A DNA stretch of 61,509 nucleotides, counting the filler, from Candidatus Aminicenantales bacterium (GTDB lineage: Bacteria > Acidobacteriota > Aminicenantia > Aminicenantales > Saccharicenantaceae): NCBI GenBank assembly GCA_049512315.1. It is 3 parts of 3 records of this genome, joined end to end, with 100 filler letters (N's around TTAATTAATTAA, not from the genome) between each part and the next. Parts side by side here need not be neighbours in the genome. Positions count along the whole stretch, not along the records: positions 1 to 25,441 come from JBEKXF010000043.1; 2 more parts are not named here. One strand, 5' to 3'. Both the position numbers and the translations under genes were made by a program. Shown here in pieces: positions 9,867 to 19,316 of the stretch (within the stretch, counting starts at the first letter, position 1; every line of letters begins with the position of its first letter). Below the pieces are notes generated by a model. That model worked only from the letters and a program-made list of their open reading frames with translations. It was not told where the DNA came from and ran no database searches.

Positions 9867-10781
9867 TCACAACAAATTGGCTTTTTTGCGGTGCGTGAGA
9901 TGGAAGGCCAGAGCGACAAGAGGCCAAATGATGAGCACCTGAAGGCCTCCCGTGGGGAAGGAAGCTCCTCCTATGAGCCAAACGGGTCCTGTCTGGGAAT
10001 AGTTCAGCAAATAGCCCTTGACCGCTCCAGGGGCAGCGGCCGAGCCGAAGAGAAACGTCTCTGTGAAGTCGAAGGCGGCGTGCGCCCCTACGGCTAACCA
10101 AAGGCTGCCTGTCCGGCGCAATGTTAGGCAAAAGAACAGGCCAAAGACCATCGCCACAACGGCAACAGGCCATTTAAATCCCCACGGGGTGAACATGTGG
10201 ACAAGGCCGAAGAGCGAGGAGATGACCAACGCTGCCGGCCAGAATCCTATCGCCGAGCCCAGAGTCAATTGCAGGTACCCCCGAAATGCCCACTCTTCGA
10301 AGATACCGATTGACAGCGCCCCCGCGATCCAGAGCAGGCCGAACCCCACGATTTGGGCGGAACCGAGGGCCAGCCCCCGGACACGTAACATCCCCTCAGC
10401 AGCCAACAACGCATAGGCCAGGCCCGATGTGCCCAGCCCCCAGAGAACCCCCTCTCCTAAGCGGAGGCCGAACCCCTGTGCGAAAGGGAGGCCGTAGCTA
10501 CCCAAGCGTCGCTTCTCGATCCGAGCCATGAGCCCCGCTGCGATGACCAAGGCCAAGCAGCCAATGAGGTTCTGCACAAGAACGCAAAGGGGGTCCTGGA
10601 CCTCTCCGCATGACAGGTGCAGCCCAAGGGCTGGGCCGATGAATCCTAAGAGCCCTAGAAGGACTGCACCACTTAGGACGAAAACAACGAGAAAGGTCAG
10701 GACCCGCCAGCCCGTCCGCAAGCCGGTTGGCCCGACAAACACCTTCTGAACCCTTCCATGCAGAGATGGGGTTGTGCTCAT
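9867..10781 (-). CDS. CPBP/Abi (CAAX-type) intramembrane metalloprotease
   Basis: EEWAFRGY, FGLVH and HAAFD motifs; multiple TM helices. Confidence 0.88.
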   Translation of the reverse strand: MSTTPSLHGRVQKVFVGPTGLRTGWRVLTFLVVFVLSGAVLLGLLGFIGPALGLHLSCGEVQDPLCVLVQNLIGCLALVIAAGLMARIEKRRLGSYGLPFAQGFGLRLGEGVLWGLGTSGLAYALLAAEGMLRVRGLALGSAQIVGFGLLWIAGALSIGIFEEWAFRGYLQLTLGSAIGFWPAALVISSLFGLVHMFTPWGFKWPVAVVAMVFGLFFCLTLRRTGSLWLAVGAHAAFDFTETFLFGSAAAPGAVKGYLLNYSQTGPVWLIGGASFPTGGLQVLIIWPLVALAFHLTHRKKANLL

Positions 10782-10910
10782 CTTGATTACTATTTTGGCT
10801 TTAGAACTGCCTTGGCCTACCTCCCGCTCAATGTAGCACCTATGAAGCAAGATTTTCAAGCAGTTAGCCTGCCCCCTGGTTTTGTTTATGAAGTCTTGAG
10901 GGATTTGAAC

Positions 10911-11213
10911 GCCCTTCCCTGAAATCCCGATAGCCTACGGTCCCGCAGGAATAATATTTTTCGCATTCCGGCCGTTATCTGCGACTTGCCGACGAACATT
11001 CTTATGTGCTTTCCGGAACCGGTCTGAGACTATAGGCCTGGAAGGAGAAAAGATGACCAAGAAAAAAACGGCGAAGGCCGTCGAGGCCGTCCGCACGACG
11101 GTCCCGGCAGGGACGGAAACCAAGACGAAGACGGCGGAGGCCAAGGCCAAGTCCAAGGAGAAGGTCGACAAGGAGGCCAAGATCCAGGGCCAGGTCGACG
11201 CCAACGCGGCCGC
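10911..11213 (+). repeat. Repeat unit copy A: R1 leader plus 5' part of Lys/Ala-rich gene
   Basis: Aligns with 18666-19020 (GAAATCCCGATAGCCTACGGTCCC...TTATCTGCGACTTGC...GTCTGAGACTATAG...AAGGTCGACAAGGAGGCCAAGATCCA). Confidence 0.9.
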
Positions 11214-11325
11214 CACAGCGAAAAGACCCGCCCCGGGAACATCGTCGAGGCCATGTTCGACAGGCGGGCCTTCGGCAAGCAGTTCCACGACCCCGCGACG
11301 TGGTCGAACTGGGTGGTCTGCCTGA
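11053..11325 (+). pseudogene. Truncated Lys/Ala-rich protein fused by deletion to the terminase region
   Basis: Homologous to the 18818 ORF up to VDANAAA, then continues out of frame in terminase DNA. Confidence 0.75.
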
Positions 11326-12767
11326 AGACGATCTACGGCCTTCCGCTGACCCCTCCCGAACTCGAGGTCTTCCAGGCCTGCACCGGCAGGTCCCATCCCC
11401 GCCCCGGTGGCTATGAGGAGGTTTTCATCATCGCCGGGAGGCAGGGCGGGAAATCCACCGCGATGGGCTTCGTGGCGGCCTACGAGGCGGCCTTGGGCGG
11501 CTGGGAGAAGAAGGTCGGCCCGGGCGAGCAGTGGAACATCTTCTGCCTGGCCGACACGAGGGAGCAGGCGGGCATCGTCTTCGGCAACATCAAGCGGTTC
11601 CTCGGGCCCTTCCGAAGGCTCGTCAAACGGGAGACGAACGACGAACTCGACCTCGCCAACGGGGCCCACATCGCGGTCAAGGCGTCGGACTTCAGGTCCG
11701 TCCGCGGCTGGCGCCTGGCCTTGGTCGTCCTCGACGAGGTGGCGTTCTTCCCGAACGACAATGTCGACGAACTAATATCGGCCCTGACGCCCTCGATCAT
11801 CCCAGGCGGCCGGCTGATGGGGATTTCGAGCCCGAACAGGAAGGCGGGGTCGCTCTGGGCACTCCACGAGAAGTTCTGGGGGCGGGACGATGCCGACACG
11901 CTCGTCTTCAAGGCCCCCACGAAGCTCCTGAACCCGACCTTCTCTGACAGGAAGATCGCCCGGGACATGGAAAGGGACCCCGAGCGGTGCCGGGCCGAAT
12001 ACGAGGCCGTTTTCCGGGACGACGTCGGGGCCCTTTTTGACGATGAGAAGCTAAGGGCCGCGGCGACTGACAAAGAAAGGTCACCCGAAAAGGGTGTGAA
12101 ATACCAAGCCTTCATCGACGCTTCAGCAGGCAAGGCAGACAGCATGACACTGGCTGTCGCTCACGCCTCCAACGAAATCGTCTATCTTGACCTTGTCAGG
12201 GAAAACGAACCCCCGTTCGACTTCGTCCAAGTCGTCGGAGAATATGCCACCCTTCTCCGAGAATACGGAATTAATGAATGCTGGGGCGACAGGTATGCAT
12301 TCGCCTCACTCGAGAGCCAGCTCAGGCGGCACGGGAGCGCCCTGAACCAGACAAAGGCCAGTAGCACGGAGTTCTACCTGAGGCTGAAGGCGCTCCTCCA
12401 AGCCGGGGCCGTGGTCCTTTTGGACGACAAGAAGCTGATCGACCAGCTGAAGCGGCTCGAACTCCAGACGCTGCCCAGCGGCGCCGAGCGGATCGACCAC
12501 CCGAAGAACGCCAATGACGACATGGCTTCGGCTGCGGCCGGTGCGATCTACCATGTGTGCAAGGGGATGGCGTCCAGGCAGCCCACGCCTGGACTCGTCG
12601 TCCAGCGGCACGAACACCCGGACCTCCAGAGAGAAAGAGAACTGGCGGCAAAGGAAGAGTTGGAGAACTGCGAAAAAGAAATGGCCGATTATATTTCTGG
12701 AACTGAAGGCGGCCTTTGCGTCCCGTTCAAGCCCGGGCGCGAATATTTCCCAGTAGAACGCCCTTAA
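11253..12767 (+). CDS. Phage terminase large subunit-like ATPase/nuclease (true start probably lost)
   Basis: Walker A GRQGGKST, Walker B LVVLDEVAF, motif III ISSP, RNase H-like AFIDASAG..DS and HP..NDD. Confidence 0.85.
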   Translation: MFDRRAFGKQFHDPATWSNWVVCLKTIYGLPLTPPELEVFQACTGRSHPRPGGYEEVFIIAGRQGGKSTAMGFVAAYEAALGGWEKKVGPGEQWNIFCLADTREQAGIVFGNIKRFLGPFRRLVKRETNDELDLANGAHIAVKASDFRSVRGWRLALVVLDEVAFFPNDNVDELISALTPSIIPGGRLMGISSPNRKAGSLWALHEKFWGRDDADTLVFKAPTKLLNPTFSDRKIARDMERDPERCRAEYEAVFRDDVGALFDDEKLRAAATDKERSPEKGVKYQAFIDASAGKADSMTLAVAHASNEIVYLDLVRENEPPFDFVQVVGEYATLLREYGINECWGDRYAFASLESQLRRHGSALNQTKASSTEFYLRLKALLQAGAVVLLDDKKLIDQLKRLELQTLPSGAERIDHPKNANDDMASAAAGAIYHVCKGMASRQPTPGLVVQRHEHPDLQRERELAAKEELENCEKEMADYISGTEGGLCVPFKPGREYFPVERP

Positions 12768-12831
12768 AACCTCTCCCCAAAATTCTTATAGCCTAAGGAG
12801 TCCAACTTCAACCCTTCAGCCCAGCCAGCCG

Positions 12832-12990
12832 CTTATTGGCATCCGCAACCTCGGGCAGGTCGGGGTCCCGAACAGCTCGCACTACAAAGACCTCGCTCCA
12901 CTTGCGGCGGGGTGAAATTACGTGCCACTCCTGTGCAGTCGCGGGAAGCTCCTGGATGCCGTCGAGCACATAATCGTTCTCTTGCCCGAG
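12832..12990 (+). pseudogene. C-terminal fragment of penicillin acylase (S45) family gene
   Basis: NLGQVGVPNSSHYKDLAPLAAG*NYVPLLCSR resembles GQSGxPxSPHYxDxxxxWxxGxYxPL; internal stop. Confidence 0.6.
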
Positions 12991-13039
12991 GCCAAGCCGC
13001 CGGACCGGCGGCAGGCGCGGTCTGATGGAGAAACTCGGG

Positions 13040-13174
13040 TTATTGGAGCTTCAGCTTGGCGGCCAGTGCTTTGAATCTGGCTTCCGAGCGTAGCCGATCA
13101 ATCCTTGGGTCGACTTTCAAGATGCTCAGGTAACTGGAATGCTCCTCATATGCCCGCTCCAGGAGCTTCTTGAA
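13040..13174 (-). pseudogene. C-terminal fragment of a kinase-TPR family gene
   Basis: FKKLLERAYEEHSSYLSILKVDPRIDRLRSEARFKALAAKLKLQ* matches the tail of 1870-4359. Confidence 0.7.
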
Positions 13175-13733
13175 TCGCGCCTCGCCGCGATTCTGTTATA
13201 GCCCGCGATAATTCCAACGTTCCCAGTGGATATTTTCTTCCTTGAACTTGTCCTTCGGCGCCAGCCGGGTATCCGACGGGAATGACGGCCAACGGGATTA
13301 CGTCCTTGGGAATACGGAGCGTCTCCCGGACGAAAGCCGCCTTCCCTGGGTCGGGATAGGCGGCGGTCCAAACCGCGCCCAGGCCCAGCGCCTCGGCGGC
13401 CAGAAGGATATTCTGGGCGGCCAGTGCGCTGTCGATGATGGCAAACTCGGCCATCTTGTTGAACGCCTTCTCCACGACGGCGCAGACGACGATTCCGGCC
13501 CCGGCCCGCCGCAGCATCTGGGCATAGGGCAGCCCGTCGGCCAGCGTATTCAGCATCGCATGTTCCGTAACCACGACGAACGCCCAGGGCTGGCAATTGA
13601 CGGCGGACGGCGCGGCCATGGCCGCCCTGAGGATAGTGTCTAGGTCTTTGCGGGCCACGGCCTCTCCTGTGAATTCGCGGACGCTTTTGCGGGAGTGAAT
13701 GACATCCAGGGCGGTGGATTTTTTCGGGGTCAT
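13146..13733 (-). CDS. Nitroreductase family protein with C-terminal frameshift
   Basis: SRKSVREF, AAPSAVNCQPW, AAEALGLGAVW; family-like tail KDKFKEENIHWERW lies in another frame ending at 13196. Confidence 0.88.
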   Translation of the reverse strand: MTPKKSTALDVIHSRKSVREFTGEAVARKDLDTILRAAMAAPSAVNCQPWAFVVVTEHAMLNTLADGLPYAQMLRRAGAGIVVCAVVEKAFNKMAEFAIIDSALAAQNILLAAEALGLGAVWTAAYPDPGKAAFVRETLRIPKDVIPLAVIPVGYPAGAEGQVQGRKYPLGTLELSRAITESRRGAIQEAPGAGI

Positions 13734-13826
13734 AGAGTCTCCTTTTCTTGTTTATTCATTATGAATCGCCGGCCTCGGGTTGTCAAAAAGCACGAGGGCA
13801 GTTTCCACTTCACCGCACAAATTAAA

Positions 13827-13864
13827 GCCCCCCCGAAATTCCGATAGCCTACGGTCCGCGTAGG
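13827..13864 (+). repeat. Repeat unit copy B (R1 tip only)
   Basis: GCCCCCCCGAAATTCCGATAGCCTACGGTCC matches 18666-18696 and 10921-10943. Confidence 0.88.
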
Positions 13865-13898
13865 GTGAGCGAACTAGGTCTTTAAGTTGTAGACCACC

Positions 13899-13927
13899 TT
13901 GACACCGTTAGGCTTTCCTAATATATT
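13899..13927 (+). promoter_or_regulatory. sigma70 promoter with overlapping palindromic (MarR?) operator
   Basis: TTGACA-17bp-TATATT; TTAGG-N4-CCTAA palindrome in the spacer; ATG 6 nt downstream, probably leaderless. Confidence 0.65.
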
Positions 13928-13933
13928 TTCTAT

Positions 13934-14440
13934 ATGAAACCATTTCATAATGAAAATAGGCCCGCGTCTTCTTATATGGAATGCGCGGCCATCCTAATGG
14001 ATCTAGTCCCCACAATAATGGACCTCATGCGCAAAGAGATGCACCGTAGCCGTTCGACAGGATATTCGCTACCCCAATTCCGTACGCTCGCCTATCTGTA
14101 TCGAAACAAGAACGCCTCTCTATCAGAACTTGCAGATCACATTGGGTTACAATTGCCATCCATGTCGAAAACCGTCGATTTCCTGGTTACCCGAAAACTG
14201 GTCGTCCGGCGGCCGTCACCCGAAGACAGACGGCACATCAGCCTAAGGCTGAGTTCACGGGGGCTCGCTGAACTCAGAAAGGCCCAACAGAATACGGAAA
14301 GGCGCTTGGCCGAAACATTGGGGGTTCTCACACCTTCACAGGAAGCCATAGTAGTGGGAGCCCTGCAGATCTTACGCCCCGTCTTCGCGAGGGAGCAATC
14401 GCCTGGGGTTCAAGAAAAGGAAGAAGATAGTGATGTTTAA
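13934..14440 (+). CDS. MarR family regulator
   Basis: SLSELADHIGLQLPSMSKTVDFL, DRR...L wHTH. Confidence 0.9.
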   Translation: MKPFHNENRPASSYMECAAILMDLVPTIMDLMRKEMHRSRSTGYSLPQFRTLAYLYRNKNASLSELADHIGLQLPSMSKTVDFLVTRKLVVRRPSPEDRRHISLRLSSRGLAELRKAQQNTERRLAETLGVLTPSQEAIVVGALQILRPVFAREQSPGVQEKEEDSDV

Positions 14441-14594
14441 TAGGCAACATTTTCGTCATTGGGGCCCGGAGCGCATGTCCCAACAGGGAGATTTCAGGTA
14501 TCTGATCCTCGACCTGCTCAAAGACAAGCCCAACCACGGCTACGAGATCATCCGCAAGACGCCGCGAACGCGGTGTCTGGAAAGGAGAGGGTAG
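14433..14594 (+). pseudogene. N-terminal fragment of PadR family regulator
   Basis: GDFRYLILDLLKDKPNHGYEIIR followed by abrupt loss of homology; not in the ORF track (<60 aa). Confidence 0.75.
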
Positions 14595-14595
14595 T

Positions 14596-15597
14596 ATGGC
14601 TCACGACAAGGGAGCGGAAATCCCATCACAGCGGCCTGCGAGCTCGCCCGAAGCTGGCAAAGAAGGCGATGAGGACATCGGCCAGGTTCCCCTGTACCGC
14701 AAAAAACGCGTCCTTATTCCTTTTTTCATCCTGATCCTGGCCCTCGCCTTCGGGGCTTGGTACTGGTACAAGAACCTGAGGAACTTCGTGTCCACCGATG
14801 ACGCTTATGTGGACGCCGACCGGGTCTCAATCAGCCCCAAGGTCCTGGGCCGCATCGTCCTACTGACGGTGGACGAGGGAATCCGCGTCAAGCAAGGCGA
14901 TCTTCTCGTCCGCCTGGACGATACCGACCTCCAATCGCAAGTGGAACAGGCCAAGGCGAACCTCGCGTTCGCCCAAAACAGCCTGCCTCTCGCCAAGGTC
15001 AACCTCGACCGGGCGACGGACGACTTCGCCCGTGCCGACCTCCAATTCAAGGGCGCGGTCATCACGAAAGAGCAATACGTGCATGCCCGTGAGGCCCTGG
15101 AGGGCGCCAAGGCCGAGTACAGCATTGCCGTCTCCCGAATCGCCGTGGCCAAGGCGCAACTGGGTGTCGTCGAAACACAGCTTCAGAACATGACGCTCTT
15201 CGCTCCATTCGACGGGATCGTCGCCAAGCGCTGGCTAATGGCCGGAGATATCGCCCAGCCCGGCCAGCCGATCCTGACCATCTACGAAACACACCTGCTT
15301 TGGGTGACGGCCAACCTGGAGGAAACCAAGCTGGCCAGGGTCAAGCTTCAGGACCCGGTGGAGGTCACTGTTGATACCTACCCGGGGCGGCCGTTCGCCG
15401 GAAAAGTGGGCCTCATCGGCGATTACACGGCGGCCCAGTTCTCCCTGATCCCACCGAATAACGCTTCCGGCAATTTCACCAAGATCACCCAGCGCGTGCC
15501 CCTGAGGATTTTCCTCGACGACCGGACTCCCGAGAACCAGGCGGCCTATCCGCTGCGGCCCGGCATGTCGGTGGAGATCAAGATCCGCCTTCGCTAG
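14596..15597 (+). CDS. emrA: EmrA-type membrane fusion protein
   Basis: TDDAYV, FSLIPPNNASGNFTKITQRVP, LRPGMSV. Confidence 0.92.
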   Translation: MAHDKGAEIPSQRPASSPEAGKEGDEDIGQVPLYRKKRVLIPFFILILALAFGAWYWYKNLRNFVSTDDAYVDADRVSISPKVLGRIVLLTVDEGIRVKQGDLLVRLDDTDLQSQVEQAKANLAFAQNSLPLAKVNLDRATDDFARADLQFKGAVITKEQYVHAREALEGAKAEYSIAVSRIAVAKAQLGVVETQLQNMTLFAPFDGIVAKRWLMAGDIAQPGQPILTIYETHLLWVTANLEETKLARVKLQDPVEVTVDTYPGRPFAGKVGLIGDYTAAQFSLIPPNNASGNFTKITQRVPLRIFLDDRTPENQAAYPLRPGMSVEIKIRLR

Positions 15598-15606
15598 GAA
15601 CCGGCC

Positions 15607-17226
15607 ATGGTTCTCAAAGCTGCCCGCTCGATCCGGAGGCAGGCCGTAGGCCAGTTCCCGTCCCTGCACCACGAACATTCCATGTACCGTTGGTGGGTGC
15701 TTGCGAACGTGATGATCGGCACGTTCATGGCCGTCCTCGACTCGACCGTGGTCAACGTCGCCCTGCCCAAGATCATGGGGGTCTTCGGAGTGACGCTCGA
15801 CCACGTCGAATGGGTCATCACCGCCTACATGCTCGTATTCGCCATCATGCTTCCGACGTCGGGCTGGGTGGCCGATCATCTCGGCTACAAGCGCACGTAT
15901 CTGCTCGCGCTCGCCCTGTTCACGGCGGGTTCGCTCCTTTGCTCATTATCGTGGAGCCTCGACACCCTGATCATCTTCCGCATCGTCCAAGGGGCCGGGG
16001 CGGGCTTCCTGCTGCCCGTCGGCATGGCCATCGTGACACGCGAATTTCCCGTCGAACAGCGGGGGATGGCGCTGGGGTTCTGGGCCATCGCGGCGGCCGC
16101 CTCCGTGTCCCTGGGCCCGATGATCGGCGGCTATCTCGTCGATAATTTTTCTTGGCACATGATCTTCGACGTGAATCTGCCGGTGGGCCTCATCGGGGTC
16201 GTGGCGACCGTCCTCATCCAGCGGGAATACAAATCCGAGAGGATCCGGTCGTTCGATTTCGTCGGGTTCATCTCCGTCGCCGTCTTCCTCGCCTTCCTGC
16301 TGCTGGCCCTGACCAACGGCAACGCATCCTGGAACACGGGCGGCTGGACGTCGTCTTATATCCTTACGTGCTTCTCGCTCTCCGCTCTCGGGCTCGTCGT
16401 TTTCCTGATCACCGAGTTTAGTGTCAAACATCCCTTGATCGACCTCTCGTTGTTCAAGGACTTCAACTTCAGCGTCTCCAACCTGGCCTTGTTTATTTTT
16501 GGCCTGGGCATGTTCGGGAGCACGTTCCTGCTTCCCCTCTACCTCCAGAATTCTCTGGGCTACACGGCCTTCCAGGCCGGGCTGTTCTTCCTGCCCGTCG
16601 GAATCCTCCAGGGCGTCCTGGCGCCCATTTCCGGCGTCGTGTCCGACCGCCTCAGCCCCAAGATCCCGGGGTTTATCGGAATCGTCTTGATGGCCTTCAG
16701 CTTCTTCCAGAATCATCTGCTGTCGCTTTTCTCCGAACACGCCCAAATCGCCTCGGCCCTCGTCTTGCGCGGCATCGGGATGGGACTTCTCTTTACGCCC
16801 CTAAGCACGCTCGCCCTGGCCCGGATTCCGAGGGAGCGTATGGCCCAGGCGTCGGGAATGTTCAATGTCATCCGCCAGATCGGAGGCAGCTTCGGCGTGG
16901 CCATATTCGGAACCCTGATGACGCGGCGGGTCCTCCTGCATCTGGCGAACTTCGGCTCAGGCATCGACGCCTACTCCCCGGTGTTCAAGAACACCGTCCT
17001 GCGTCTCCAGAGCTTCGCTCAACACGCCATCGGCGGCACGGCATACGACGCCGCGGCCCGGGCCAAGGCCCTGATCCTCAGCCATGTCGCCAACCAAGCC
17101 ACCGTGGCCGCCATCGATGACGACTTCCTGATCGCCGCCGGAATAACCATCCTGTGCACCGTCTTCCTGCTGATCCTTAAGACGCCGACGAAGAAGCGCG
17201 GAGGAGGGCAGGCCTCGTTGGAATGA
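15607..17226 (+). CDS. emrB: DHA2 (EmrB/QacA) MFS efflux permease
   Basis: GTFMAVLDSTVVNVALP, LGPMIGGYL, WHMIFDVNLPVG; about 14 TM segments. Confidence 0.92.
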   Translation: MVLKAARSIRRQAVGQFPSLHHEHSMYRWWVLANVMIGTFMAVLDSTVVNVALPKIMGVFGVTLDHVEWVITAYMLVFAIMLPTSGWVADHLGYKRTYLLALALFTAGSLLCSLSWSLDTLIIFRIVQGAGAGFLLPVGMAIVTREFPVEQRGMALGFWAIAAAASVSLGPMIGGYLVDNFSWHMIFDVNLPVGLIGVVATVLIQREYKSERIRSFDFVGFISVAVFLAFLLLALTNGNASWNTGGWTSSYILTCFSLSALGLVVFLITEFSVKHPLIDLSLFKDFNFSVSNLALFIFGLGMFGSTFLLPLYLQNSLGYTAFQAGLFFLPVGILQGVLAPISGVVSDRLSPKIPGFIGIVLMAFSFFQNHLLSLFSEHAQIASALVLRGIGMGLLFTPLSTLALARIPRERMAQASGMFNVIRQIGGSFGVAIFGTLMTRRVLLHLANFGSGIDAYSPVFKNTVLRLQSFAQHAIGGTAYDAAARAKALILSHVANQATVAAIDDDFLIAAGITILCTVFLLILKTPTKKRGGGQASLE

Positions 17227-17249
17227 TCGCGTTCGAAAGGTGAACGAGC

Positions 17250-18563
17250 ATGAAAAGAATCATCGTGGGCCTTAGCATAATTTCCGGACTATTGGCGCCT
17301 ATGCGAGGGATCGCTCAGACACCCCAGCCGCGTACGCTGACCTTGGCAGAGGCGGTCAGGGCCGTTCTCGCGCGCAATAGTTCCCTGAAAGAAGCCGAGG
17401 ATGCCGTGGCCGTGTTCGAGGCCCGGGTGGCGCAAAGCAAGACCCGCCTGATGCCCAATGTCCGGGCCGACCTCGACTACGCGCGGATCGCTCCGACCGA
17501 AGAGATCGCCATCCCCGGCTTTGGTGTCTTCCAGCTTTTCCCCGCGAATAACTATGATTTCCACGCCGGAGTGAACCAGCTCATCTACGATTTCAACCGG
17601 ACCAAAGAAGCCGTTAACCTTTCCCGCTCCCAGGTGGAGAGCGCCGCGGACCGCTGGGAAATCCTCAAGCGGGACCTCGCCTTTCAGACCTGTCAATTGT
17701 TCCACTCCATCGTCTTCCTCCAGGACACCATCCGCGTTCAAACGGAAACGATCAAAACTCTGGACGATCACCTGGCCGTGGCCAGGAAGAAACTCGAGGC
17801 CGGAACGGCTACAGAACTCGAGGTCCTCAATACCCAGGTCCGTCTCGTCACCGCCCAAAACCAAGTCGTGGATCTGAACGACGCCCTCGAGAAACAGATG
17901 CTCGGCCTGCGCCGCTTGATGGGAATCGAAGACCAGACTCCACTCGAGCTGCAGGGCGGGTTCAAGTATGAACCTCAGGCTCTCGATCCGGAAGGCTTGG
18001 TCCGCGAGGCCGAGCAAACGCGGTTAGAAACCAAAGCCGTCCAGGACGTGATCCGTTCAGCCGACATCCAGATCCGTTTGGCCGAACTTTCGGATCGGCC
18101 ATCCCTCAGCGTGAATGTTTTGGCCGGGTGGAAGAGCGGCTACATCCCCAACCTGAATGTCTGGAAGCTTAACTATGTGGCCGCCGTGCAAGCCAATGTC
18201 CCTATTTTCAACGGCCACCTGGCCCGTTCGATGAAAGCGGAGGCCGAGGCCAACCTGCGAACCCTCCGGGACAGGAGCAGCGACGTTGAGGGCATGGTCC
18301 GAATGGAAGTGCTGCAGGCCGCCGCCGATGTCAAGGCCGCCGCCCAGAAGCTCGAGTCGGTGGAAATCAATGTCGTGCGGGCTAAGAAGGCCTTGGAGTA
18401 TGCCAGATCGCGCTATGAGGCCGGCACGGTGACGAACCTGGATTTGCTGGACACCGAGGACGCTTACGCGCAGGCGGAGTTGTTCAGGCTCCAGGCGCTC
18501 TACCAGTTTGTCCTGAGCAAGCTCACCCTCCAGCGGGCCGTCGGCAATCCGCTTTCGGAGTGA
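17250..18563 (+). CDS. TolC family outer membrane efflux protein
   Basis: Signal peptide, RYEAGTVTNLDLLD, VPIFNG; in operon with emrAB. Confidence 0.9.
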   Translation: MKRIIVGLSIISGLLAPMRGIAQTPQPRTLTLAEAVRAVLARNSSLKEAEDAVAVFEARVAQSKTRLMPNVRADLDYARIAPTEEIAIPGFGVFQLFPANNYDFHAGVNQLIYDFNRTKEAVNLSRSQVESAADRWEILKRDLAFQTCQLFHSIVFLQDTIRVQTETIKTLDDHLAVARKKLEAGTATELEVLNTQVRLVTAQNQVVDLNDALEKQMLGLRRLMGIEDQTPLELQGGFKYEPQALDPEGLVREAEQTRLETKAVQDVIRSADIQIRLAELSDRPSLSVNVLAGWKSGYIPNLNVWKLNYVAAVQANVPIFNGHLARSMKAEAEANLRTLRDRSSDVEGMVRMEVLQAAADVKAAAQKLESVEINVVRAKKALEYARSRYEAGTVTNLDLLDTEDAYAQAELFRLQALYQFVLSKLTLQRAVGNPLSE

Positions 18564-18665
18564 GAAAAAAAGGCCCGGGCGGACCGGGCTGTGCGCTGTT
18601 CCTCATCCATGAAAGAAGGACCAAATCATAGTACCTGATTATATTCGTGAAGCCCCGAGGTCTAT

Positions 18666-19210
18666 GCCCCCCCGAAATCCCGATATCCTACGGTCCCAGA
18701 TAGGAATAATGTTTTTCGTAACCAGGTCTTTATCTGCGACTTGCTGACGAACATCCTTGTGTGCTTTCCGGGACCCGTCTGAGACTATAGACCTGCGGGA
18801 AAAAGGAGCCCGTTAGAATGAGCAAAACGAAAAACGGCAAGGCGACCACCGCGAAGGTCGTCAAGGCCGCCGAACTCGTCCGCGCGGCGGTCCCGACTGG
18901 GACGGAAACCAAGGCGAAGGCGGCGGAAAAGACTGAGGCGAAAGCCGCCGCCAAGCCGGCCAAAACGAAGGTCGACAAGGAGGCCAAGATCCAAGGCCAG
19001 GTCGACGCCAACGCGGCCGCGATCCTCAAGGCCCACGACGAGGGCAAGTCGGTCAAGGAGCTCTACAAGATGTTCGGGACCAACAAGGGCCTCTTCTGCG
19101 ACCTCGTCTACGTCGTCCTCTGGAAGGCGGGCCGCCTGCCCAATAGCAGGTACCTTCGTCCATCCTAGGCCGGAGCGGAAAGAGGACTAGGTCGGACGGG
19201 ACCGCCGGAC
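18666..19210 (+). repeat. Repeat unit copy C (most complete: R1 leader + gene + R2)
   Basis: 5' part matches 10911-11213; 3' part matches 20768-20800 and 22782-22824. Confidence 0.9.
18818..19168 (+). CDS. Small basic Lys/Ala-rich protein with HTH-like C-terminus
   Basis: Histone H1-like KA repeats; ILKAHDEGKSVKELYKMFG..LVYVVLWKAG resembles an HTH; AAGGAG RBS. Confidence 0.65.
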   Translation: MSKTKNGKATTAKVVKAAELVRAAVPTGTETKAKAAEKTEAKAAAKPAKTKVDKEAKIQGQVDANAAAILKAHDEGKSVKELYKMFGTNKGLFCDLVYVVLWKAGRLPNSRYLRPS

Positions 19211-19316
19211 GTGACCTACGAAAATTATCTTTATTACCTGGAGGGGAAGAAGGCGATCCTCTAGTGGGAGTTGACTTTCTTCTCTACCGGCGATAGAGGG
19301 AGACGCATTCCCTTCC

